From positions 28,336,001 through 28,400,000 of the forward strand of contig CM075987.1 of assembly GCA_038087875.1 (NCBI GenBank): a stretch of 64,000 nt of DNA, in the 5' to 3' direction. This stretch comes from Malacoraja senta (lineage: Eukaryota). Shown here in pieces: positions 19,955 to 30,800 of this stretch. The translations under genes were made by a program, and so were the position numbers. The notes beneath the pieces are model-generated. The model did not search any database and was not told the DNA's origin. It saw nothing but the letters and a program-made list of their open reading frames with translations. Every line of letters begins with the position of its first letter. The stretch's first letter is position 1.

Positions 19955-20559
19955 GCCCAAGGCCAAGCCGGCCCAGGTCACTCCCCGTCACTCCGGGGCC
20001 AGTCTCGGTCACTGGGGGACTCGGCCACTGGGGACACCGCCGGGGAGAGAGGACAGAGACGGCATGCGGACTGTCTACCCCATCCCTCCAACCTCAATAA
20101 ACTTAACACTGCCTGCTGAGGCTGGTCTGCTCATTTCACTGCTGTGTAAGTGTGCACACGTGAACACATTCCTGTCCCGCCCTTCCCCACACCCTCTACC
20201 CCCTTTACTCCCCACAGCCTCTGCTTTACCCCCATCCTCCAGGGCTCGCAGTCCGTCCCGTGAGCCCTGGGTCTCGCAGCCCCACTTGCTGGTCCCGGGC
20301 CCCTGCACCCTGGAGACTCACTCCTCACATCCATTCCATATACCTCTCTCTGACGTTGTCTCTTTGTTCCACGTTACTGACCCTGCCTCTCTCGGTCTGA
20401 TCCCTGGTCTCACTGTCTATTACAATGTGCCCCTCACACCACACTCTCTTGCATGCCACACTTTGTTCTTTTGCTCCCACAACAACACATTTTACAGCGT
20501 TGGGGGTAGTATTGCTGTCATCCCTCGCTCACTTACAGTGCCAACAGTATTCAGTGATC

Positions 20560-20910
20560 TATGTAGATGGGGCATGTTGGTCGGTGGGGGCAAGTTGGGC
20601 TGAAGGGCCTGTTTCTGCGACTCTGTGACTAGTGTAGATGGGGCATGTTGGTCGGTGGGGGCAAGTTGGGCTGAAGGGCCTGTTTCTGTGACTGACTAGT
20701 GTAGATGGGGCATGTTGGTAGGTGAGGGCAAGTTGTGCTGAAGGGCCTGTTTCTGTGACCCTGTGACTAGTGTAGATGGGGCATGTTGGTCGGTGGGGCC
20801 AAGTTGGGCTGTAGGGCCTGTTTCCGTGCTGGGTAGACTCTGTGACTAGTGTAGATGGGACATGTTGGTTGGTGTGGGCAAGTTGGGCTTAAGGGCCAGT
20901 TTCCACGCTG
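20560..20910 (+). repeat. Five tandem copies (~70 bp) of a CR1/HE1-type 3' tail segment
   Basis: Unit AGTGTAGATGGGGCATGTTGGTCGGTGGGGGCAAGTTGGGCTGAAGGGCCTGTTTC...; the same motif ends the CR1 fragment at about 17925-17990. Confidence 0.8.
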
Positions 20911-21204
20911 CATGCCTTAACCCTAATGCTTCTATGATTGTTGGTGTACCAGCCACACAAGCAGACCAATTCCACTTGCTTCAAACCGGCTGAAATCTAA
21001 CCTGCACTTGTTCAAAAGCAAAAGAATAAGCAGAGGCTGGAAATGTGATCTGATAACAGAAAATACTGGAGAGACTCTGGGCAGGCAATGTAATGTTCAG
21101 GGTCAGTGCCCTTTCAACAGAACTGTGAAGGTTAGAAATAAGTTGCAGAGAAGGGGTGGAAGTGGAGCAAACAGGAGAGGTCTGTGATGGAGACCTTTGA
21201 TAAA

Positions 21205-22059
21205 GTGCGGCGGCGCGGATTACTGCAGCGGCCCCTACAGCCTGTCTGTCTTTTTAATTTTTTAATTTTTGTCTAGTTAAATGTAGTTGTTTGTGTTTTT
21301 TTATACTGTTTTTAACTGTGTATATGTGGGGGGCGGGGGGGGGGGGAACTTTAAAAATCTCTTCCCTGCACGGGAGACCCGACCTTTTCCCTGTCGGGTC
21401 TCCGTTGTCGTTGGGGCCTAGCTCCGTGGAGCGGCCTCCGACCGGGAGGACCTGGGGCTCCAGTCGCGGAGCCTGCGGAGCTGCGGACTTACCACCGTGG
21501 GGCTGGCCGGCCTCGGAGCGTGAGGAGCGGTGGTGGCTCGCTGCTGCGGCCCGACTCCGGAGCTCCAGCTGCAGACCTGTGGACTATGATATCGGGAACT
21601 CGCGGGTCCGGGTGCGAGACCGCTTTCCGGAGCTCCCGCAACGCAACTTCTCCCGCCCGTGTCGCGGGGTTGGAACGACCCGGAGCGGGGCCGTACATCG
21701 CCCGGCGATGCTTTAATGGCCGCGGGACATTCCAGCGCCCGCCGGGGGCTCCAACTTTGTGACTTTTGGGCCCGGAGCGAGGCCGTACACCGCCCGGCGC
21801 GGCCTCAACGGCCGTGGGACTTAACATCGCCCGCCTGGGGCTTCAACATCGGGAGAAAAATGGTGCAGGGGAGAGAAAAGACTTTGCCTTCCATCACAGT
21901 GAGGAAGAGATTCACTGTGATGGATGTTTTTCTGTAAATTGAATTGTTTGTGTGTCGTGTAGGAATTGTTTTGTTTGTATTGCTGTGGAAACGGAGTTTC
22001 GTTTGAGCCTCTTTGAGGTTCAAATGACAAGAAATAAAATCTAATCTAATCTAATCTAA
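21205..22059 (+). mobile_element. CpG-rich non-autonomous retroelement (copy A) with hairpins and an AATAAA+(ATCTA)n tail
   Basis: GC head, T-rich tract, G-run, hairpins at 21373-21403 and 21890-21924, LINE-like tail; same architecture at 52915-53823 and 46934-47540. Confidence 0.7.
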
Positions 22060-22890
22060 ATTGCCACATGAAATGTTAGTGGGCAGGAATAAAGCAGCTG
22101 GCATTGGGTAATACTGGCGTAGGTAAATGATCGGACACAGTGAACAAATGGGGCAATGTGTGATGCTAGTGATTAGTGCCCCAGTGATTAGTGCTTGGGC
22201 TACACCATTCTCAATGAGGCGGTTTATCATCCCTAAATGAGCAGAGGAAGGGGTGAGATTGAGCTGTGAGGAGGAGGCAGAGAGGCCTCAGTGTGTGGAC
22301 AGATTACACAACGTAATGTGGGCACGTGTGAACAATAGAAAGACACTAGTATTGAGAAGGTTAGTGTGTAGGAAGGAACTGCAGATGCTGGTTCTGTTCT
22401 GTATTTATGCCTACGATATTCTGTTTTGCTGCAACAAGCAAGAATTGTGTTGTCCTATCTGGGACACATGACAATAAACTCTCTTGACTTGACGACTTGG
22501 TTTGCACCGAAGATAGACACAAAATGCTGGAGTAACTCAGCGGGTCAGACATCATCTCTGGAGCGAAGGAATGGGTGAGGGTGATAGAATGGGAAATACT
22601 GACACAGAGGTCAGGAACAAGAAACTGCAGATGCTGGTTGGCAAAAGAAGACAGTGCTGGTGTAACTGCGGGTCAGGCAGCGTGTGTGTAGAACAGACAG
22701 GTGATGATTCTTGGGGTCTGGGTCCAGGAGTCGGTGGGTTGGGGGGGGGGAGAGCACCCCTCACTCCTGGTGCAGCAACGGGTAAGGAGGCAGGGAGTCC
22801 GGGGCCAGTTTTTAGTTTAGTTTAGAGATACAGCGCAGAAAGGCCCTTCGGCCCACCGAGTCCGTGCCGCCCAGTGATCCCCGCACATTA

Positions 22891-24521
22891 TCCCCCACGG
22901 TGATATCACACTGGCCAACGAACTAAACACCTTCTTTGCCCGGTTCGAAACTGGCAACACCACCAGGAGTGGAATAACCCTGGCCATGGCGGAGGGACAG
23001 GCCTTAACACTGAGCACCCAGGAGGTACAGTAGGATCAACACGCAAGGCTGCAGGCCCGGATGGAGTCCAGGGAAGGGTACTAAAGGACTGTGCTGTACA
23101 GCTGGCGGAGGTATTCATGAGAATCTTCAATCTGTCTCTATCTCTGGCAACGGTCCCCAAGTGCCTGAAAACAGCCACCATAGTGCCGGTGCCAAAAAAG
23201 TCCAAAGTCACCAACCTGAACGACTATCGCCTGGTTGCCCTAACTCCAATCCCAATGAAGTGCTTCGAAAGGCTGGTCCTCTCCCATATCAAATCCAGCA
23301 TCCCTGCCTCACTGGACTCCCATCAATTTGCATACAGGGCAAATAGATCAACAGAGGATGCCATCTCTCTGGCTCTTCACACTGTCCTGACTCACCTGGA
23401 CAGACAGGGCACGTATGTGAGGATGCTCTTCATTGACTATAGCTCTGCATTCAATACGGTCATCCCCACCAAGCTCGCCACCAAACTCCACCAGCTAGGC
23501 CTCAGCTCGCCGATATGCGATTGGATCCTGAACTTTCTGACGGAGCGACCGCAGGCAGTGAGACTGGGCCCGCACCTGTCCTCCACTATCACCCTGAGCA
23601 CCGGCACACCACAGGGCTGTGTACTAAGCCCCATGCTCTACTCCCTCTTCACTCACGACTGTGTCCCTGCATTCGACACCAACACCATCGTGAAGTTTGC
23701 AGACGACACAACAGTGATTGGGCTGATCACCAACGGTGATGAAACAAAATACAGAGCGGAGGTGCAGAACCTGGCGGACTGGTGCGCTCATAACAACTTG
23801 TCACTAAACACCTCCTTGGAGCTGATTATTGACTTCAGGAGGTCCCATAATGGAGAATACGCCCCAATCTCCATTTACGGGGAAAGTGTGGAGAGAGTGT
23901 CCAGCTTTAAGTTTCTGGGCACTCACATTTCAGAGGACCTCACATGGTCCACCAACACCGCTGCGCTGGTCAAGAAGGCACAGCAACGACTGTTCTTCCT
24001 GAGGACATTAAAAAAGACTGGTCTACCCCAACAGCTGCTGACAACGTTCTACCGCTGCACCACAGAGAGCATATTAACGTATGGCATCTCTGTGTGGTAT
24101 CTCAGCTGCACGGATGCGGAGAGGAGAGCTCTTCAGCGCGTCGTCCACAGAGCGCAGAGGATCATTGGGACAGAGCTACCAGCCTTGGAGGGCATCTACC
24201 ACACGCGGTGCCTCAGGAAGGCCGTCAGCATCCATAAGGACTCATCACACCCTTGTAACGGACTGCTTGAACTACTTCCCTCCGGCAGACGTTACAAGGC
24301 CTTCTACGCCCGAACCTCCAGACTCAGAAACAGCTTTATTCCAAGAGCTATAGCGGCTCTGAACCGGCCCTGCTGAGTGCTCCCCCCACCCACCCCCCCT
24401 GGACAGTCTCCCTCGGATGGTCACGTCACTCAGCTTGCTTGCTTATTTATTTATTTTACTTGTACATCGGTGGAGCTGCATACTAAATCTCGTTGCACTG
24501 ACGTGCATTGACAATAAAATA

Positions 24522-24558
<37 letters not shown>
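22891..24558 (+). mobile_element. Rex1/Babar-clade LINE, 5'-truncated, with an uninterrupted 419-aa RT ORF (23117-24376)
   Basis: [64 protein letters not shown]; tail TGACAATAAA+(TAT)n. Inserted into a SINE with ATTA at both junctions. Confidence 0.92.
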
Positions 24559-24561
<3 letters not shown>

Positions 24562-24782
24562 ACTGTCCCCACACACACTGGGGACAATTTACAGTTACAC
24601 CAAGCCAATTAAGCTACAAACTCGCACGTCTTTCGAGTGTGGGAACCAACCGGAGCACCCGGAGAAACCCCACCCGTTTAGGGGAAGAGCGTGCAAACTC
24701 CGCACAGACAGCGGCCGTGGTTGGGATCGAACCCGCTTCTCCGGCGCTGAGGCGGTAGCTCCACCGCAGCGCCACCGTGCGG
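24559..24782 (-). mobile_element. tRNA-derived SINE (HE1/V-SINE-like), 5' part; its 3' tail is displaced to 22809-22890 by the Rex insertion
   Basis: Minus-strand head GCACGGTGGCGCTGCGGTGGAGC...GGGTTCGATCCC (A and B boxes), central GGGTTTCTCCGGGTGCTCCGG..CCCACACTC, and a CR1-like tail with (TAAAC)n. Confidence 0.8.
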
Positions 24783-24848
24783 CCACGAACAGCCGCAGCG
24801 GGGCCCGTGACGTCAGGGGGCGTGACGTTACTCGCAGCGCAGGGCGTA
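24783..24848 (+). promoter_or_regulatory. COQ4 proximal promoter with tandem CRE sites
   Basis: TGACGTCA at 24808-24815 and TGACGTTA at 24823-24830 in CpG-rich sequence directly upstream of the ATG at 24849. Confidence 0.6.
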
Positions 24849-27800
24849 ATGGCGGGCGCGGTGCGGACGTTGTGGGCCCAGATGTACCCGCGCTCCGGTA
24901 TGGTGAAGGCCCCCGCGCCCCGCACAGGTACACGGACCACGGGCCCCGCACAGGTACACGGGCCCCCCCCACAGGTACACGGGCCCCCCCACAGGTACAC
25001 GGGCCCCGCACAGGTACACGGCCCCCCCCCGGCACAGGTACACGGTACACGGGCCCCCCCACAGGTACACGGGCCCCGCACAGGTACACGCCCCCCCCCC
25101 GGCACAGGTACACGGTACACGGGCCCCGCACCCCCCCCCCCCCGCACAGGTACACGGGCCCTGCACAGGTACACGGCCCCCCCCCGGCACAGGTACACGG
25201 TACACGGGCCCCGCACAGGTACACGGGCCCCCCCCCGGCACACGGCCCCCCCCCCGGCACAGGTACACGGTACACGGGCCCCGCACCCCCCCCCCCCCGC
25301 ACAGGTACACGGGCCCTGCACAGGTACATGGCCCCCCCCCCCGGCACAGGTACACGGTACACGGGCTTCGCACAGGTACACGGTACACGGGCCCCGCACA
25401 GGTACACGGCCCCCCCCGGCACAGGTACACGGTACACGGGCCCCGCACCCCCCCCCGCACAGGTACACGGGCCCCCCCCCACAGGTACACGGCCCCCCCC
25501 ACAGGTACACGGGCCCCCCCCCCCACAGGTACACGGGCCCCGCACAGGTACACGGTACACGCCCCCCCGCACAGGTACACGGGCCCCCCGCACAGGTATA
25601 CATACATAGATACATAGAAAATAGGTGCAGGAGTAGGCCATTCGGCCCTTCGAGCCTGCACCGCCATTCAATATGATCATGGCTGATCATCCAACTCAGT
25701 ATCCCGTACCTGCCTTCTCTCCATACCCCCTGATCCCTTTAGCCACAAGGGCCACATCTAACTCCCTCTTAAATATAACCAATGAACTGGCCTCAACTAC
25801 CCTCTGTGGCAGAGAGTTCCAGAGATTCACCACTCCGTGTGAAAAGTGTTTTTCTCATCTCGGTCTTAATGGATTTCCTCCTTATCCTTAAGCTGTGACC
25901 CCTTGTCCTGGACTTCCCCAACATCGGGAACAATCTTCCTGCATTTAGCCTGTCCAACCCTATAAGAATTTTGTAAGTTTCTATAAGATCCCCTCTCAAT
26001 CTCCTAAATTCTAGCGAGTATAAGCCGAGTCTATCCAGTCTTTCTTCATATGAAAGTCCTGACATCCCAGGAATCAGTCTGGTGAACCTTCTCTGCACTT
26101 CCTCTATGGCAATAATGTCCTTCCTCAGATTTGGAGACCAAAACTGTACGCAATACTCCAGGTGTGGTCTCACCAAGACCCTGTACAACTGCAGTAGAAC
26201 CTCCCTGCTCCTATACTCAAATCCTTTTGCTATGAAAGCTAACATACCATTCGCTTTCTTCACTGCCTGCTGCACCTGCATGCCTACTTTCAATGACTGG
26301 TGTACCATGACACCCAGGTCTCGCTGCATCTCCCCTTTTCCTAATCGGCCACCATTTAGATAATAGTCTGCTTTCCTGTTTTTGCCACCAAAGTGGATAA
26401 CCTCACATTTATCCACATTATACTGCATCTGCCAAACATTTGCCCACTCACCCAGCCTATCCAAGTCACCTTGCAGTCTCCTAGCATCCTCACAGCTAAC
26501 ACTGCCCCCCAGCTTAGTGTCATACGCAAACTTGGAGATGTTGCCTTCAATTCCCTCATCCAGGTCATTAATATAAATTGTAAATAGCTGGGGTCCCAGC
26601 ACTGAGCCTTGCGGTACCCCACTAGTCACTGCCTGCCATTGTGAAAAGGACCCGTTTACTCCTACTCTTTGCTTCCTGTTTGCCAGCCAGTTCTCTATCC
26701 ACATCAATACTGAACCCCCAATACCGTGTGCTTTAAGTTTGTATACTAATCTCTTATGTGGGACCTTGTCGAAAGCCTTCTGAAAGTCCAGATACAACAC
26801 ATCCACTGGTTCTCCCCTATCCACTCTACTAGTTACATCCTCGAAAAATTCTATAAGATTCGTCAGACATGATTTACCTTTCGTAAATCCATGCTGACTT
26901 TGTCCAATGATTTCACCACTTTCCAAATGTGCTGCTATCCCATCTTTAATAACTGACTAGCAGTTTCCCCACTACCGATGTTAGACTAACTGGTCTGTAA
27001 TTCCCCGTTTTCTCTCTCCCTCCCTTCTTAAAAAGTGGGGTTACGTTTGCTACCCTCCAATCCTCAGGAACTACTCCAGAATCTAAAGAGTTTTGAAAAA
27101 TTATCACTAATGCATCCACTATTTCTGGAGCTACTTCCTTAAGTACTCTGGGATGCAGCCTATCTGGCCCTGGTGATTTATCGGCCTTTAATCCATTCAA
27201 TTTACCCAACACCAGTTGCCGACTAACCTGGATTTCACTCAGTTCCTCCATCTCCTTTGACCCGCGGTCCCCTGCTATTTCCGGCAGATTATTTATGTCT
27301 TAGTGAAGACGGAACCAAAGTAGTTATTCAATTGGTCCGCCATATCCTTGTTCCCCATGATCAATTCACCTGTTTCTGACTGCAAGGGACCTACATTTGT
27401 TTTAACTAATCTCTTTCTCTTCACATATCTATAAAAACTTTTGCAGTCAGTTTTTATGTTCCCTGCCAGTTTTCTTTCATAATCTATTTTCCCTTTCCTA
27501 ATTAAGCCCTTTGTCCTCCTGCTGGTCTCTGAATTTCTCCCAGTCCTCTGGTATGCTGCTTTTTCTGGCTAATTTGTACGCATCATCTTTTGCTTTGATA
27601 CTATCCCTGATTTCCCTTGTTATCCACGGATGCACTACCTTCCCTGATTTATTCTTTTGCCACACTGGAATGAACAATTTTTGTAGTTCATCCATGCAGT
27701 CTTTAAATGCCTTCCATTGCATATCCACCGTCAACCCTTTTAGAACTAATTGCCAGTCAATCTTGGCCAATTCACGTCTCATACCCTCAAAGTTACCTTT

Positions 27801-30800
27801 CTTTAAGTTCAGAACCATTGTTTCTGAATTAACAATTTCACTCTCCATCCTAATGAAGAACTCAACCATATTATGGTCACTCTTGCCCAAGGAGGCACGT
27901 ACAACGCCTATCCCTCTCTGAAGCCCATATTGCTGCTTTGGTTTCTGAGCTCCCTGCATCTTGTGACAGGCACCAGTAATGCTGTGCTACAGACAGTCCG
28001 TGCGGCTAGTATGGACACGGTTACTGAAGATGGATATTGCAGCATCTACCACACACACATTCCCACCAACTCCCTGCAGAAAGCCCTACTGGCGGCCGGC
28101 TCAGCATTCATGTCTCTCTACGACCCATACCGTCATGGTGAGTACATGCCTGTTACTCTCATCATGCCCGCCCTTTAATGAAAGCCTCATTGCAGCTTGC
28201 TTTGCCTCTCCATTGATCATTGCCTGCCTCGTTTGATGCTCATCAGCCCATGCCCATGTATGTCGGCGCATGCCATTGGACGTTGGTGAACGGCATTACT
28301 CTCTCTGACTCCTGCTGTCTGTGTCCTGTGGCTGCCATTGGCCAGCTGGACCAGCCAGGGGTATCCTGTGGGTACTGGGGTATATGTGGGTACGCGTGTA
28401 TATGTGGGTACTGGAGTATATGTGGGTACTGGGGTATATGTGGGTACTGGTGTATATGTGGGTACTGGTGTATATGTGGGTACTGGGGATCCTGAGGAGC
28501 CACACCAGACAGGCCAAGGCTTTGCTTCTCTAAGGCATAAATGCCCAGTGTGGTGCACACTTGCCTGGATGAGAGAAACTCCCAACGCTGAGGAGGCTCG
28601 ATAATCTCCTGCCCACAGCAGCCCTCATGGTTGGCACCTTGCCATGACGCTAAACATTCATTCCCTCCTCCACTGGTGCACAGTGACTGCAATGTGTACC
28701 ACCTGTAAACACGTACTGGGGCTACCTCCTTCACCTGTAAACATGTACCGGGGCTACCTCCCTCACCTGTAAACATGTTCCCGGGGCTACCTCCCTCACC
28801 TGTAAACGCACGTACCTGGGCTACCCGCCCTACCTGCGACCTTCAGCAAGGATGGTGCCACTTACTGGGCCCCACGTGACCCTGGCTAGGGAATATGTCG
28901 CTGCTCCTTCATGGTCACTGGGTGTGAATCATGTCGCTCGCTCCCCAACATGGAAGCCTTCACCAGAGGGACCACGGTGCTTGAAGGTAATGGCTCATAA
29001 GGCCATAGTGATAGGAGCAGAATTAGGCCATTCGGCCCATCAAGTCTCTGCCATTCAGTCATGGCTGATCTATCTCTCCCTCCTAACTCCATTCTCCTGC
29101 CTTCTCCCCATAACCTCTGACACCCGTATTAATCAAGAATCTATCTATCTCTACCTTAAAAATATCCACTGACTTGGCCTCCGCAACCTTCTGTGGCAAT
29201 GAATTCCACAGATTCACCACCCTCTGACTAAAGAAATTCCTCCTCATCTCCTTAAAGGAACGTCCTTTAATTCTGAGACTCTAGTCTTAGACTCTCCAAC
29301 TAGGGGAAACATCCTCTCCACATCCACTCCATCCAAGCCTTTCGCTATTCTGTATGTTTCAATGAGGTTCCCCCTCATTCTTCTAAACTCCAGTGAATAC
29401 AGGCCCAGTGCCGTCAAACGCTCATCATGTTTCCCTACTCATTCCAGGAACCAATCTTGTAACCTCTGTTCCCTCTCCCGAGCTAGCACATCATTCCTCA
29501 GATATGGTGCCCCAAATTACTCCCAATATTCCAAATGCAGCCTGCCCAGCACCTTTTAGAGCCTCATCACCATCTTCTCACGGGCAGAGTGATGGGCAGG
29601 ACATGCCAACGTTGCCAGCTCTGCCCCGTCCTGAATAACCGGAAGTGATCCTCGCCCCCTCTCGCTGTGTGGCAGTTGTTGATAACCCCATTAATGAGAT
29701 GAGTCCACGCTGTTGAGCTTAACGTGCTCTCGTGTTGTAGATATGGTGGCCGTCTTGGCCGAAACAACGGGCCAGTTGGCAGTGCGTAAACTCAGGGACA
29801 GGATGAGGAACGATGTGGAGGGACACCGCATCCTGCAGTAAGTGTGGTCGTGGTGTAAGTGTGAGTGTAGCCGTGGTGTAAGTGTAGCCGTGGTGTAAGT
29901 GTGGCCGTGGTGAGAGTGGCCGTGGTGAGAGTGTGAGTGTGGCTGTGGTGTAAGTGTGAGTGGCCGTGGTGTAAGTGTGAGTGTGGCCGTGGTGTAAGTG
30001 TGTGGCCGTGCTGTGAGTGTGAGTGTGGTTGTGGTGTAAGTGTGAGTGTGGCCGTGGTGCAAGTGTGAGTGGCCGTGCTGTGAGTGTGTGGCCGTGCTGT
30101 GAGTGTGAGTGTGGCCGTGGTGTAAGTGTGTGTGGCCGTGCTGTGAGTGTGGCCGTAGTGTAAGTGTGAGTGTGGCCGTGGTGTAAGTGTGAGTGTGTCC
30201 ATGCTGTAAGTGTGAGTGTGGCCGTGGTGTAAGTGTAAGTGTGGCCGTGGTGTAAGTGTGTGTGGCCGTGCTGTGAGTGTGAGTGTGGCCGTAGTGTAAG
30301 TGTGTGTGGCCGTGCTGTAAGTGTGAGTGTAGTCGTGGTGTAAGTGGCCGTAGTGTAAGTGTAAGTGTGGCTGTGGTGTAAGTGTGAGTGTGGCCGTGGT
30401 GTAATTGTGTGTGGCCGTGCTGTGAGTGTGGCCGTAGTGTAAGTGTGAGTGTGGCCGTGGTGTAAGTGTGAGTGTGTCCATGCTGTAAGTGTGAGTGTGG
30501 CCGTGGTGTAAGTGTAAGTGTGGCCGTGGTGTAAGTGTGTGTGGCCGTGCTGTGAGTGTGAGTGTGGCCGTAGTGTAAGTGTGTGTGGCCGTGCTGTAAG
30601 TGTGAGTGTAGCCGTGGTGTAAGTGGCCGTGGTGTAAGTGTAAGTGTGGCTGTGGTGTAAGTGTGAGTGTGGCCGTGGTGTAAGTGTGTGTGGCCGTGCT
30701 GTGAGTGTGGCCGTAGTGTAAGTGTGAGTGGTGTAAGTGTGAGTGGCCGTGCTGTGTGTGTGGCCGTGGTGTAAGTGTGTGTGGCCGTGGTGTGAGTGTG

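Noticed and set aside
24715..24782. tRNA-like sequence with A and B boxes
   Set aside because: Continues into a SINE body and tail with no complete cloverleaf, so it is a SINE head rather than a tRNA gene.
24595..25690. Several 245-361 aa ORFs on both strands
   Set aside because: Translations of a stop-free minisatellite in COQ4 intron 1; only 24849-24897 is a credible exon.
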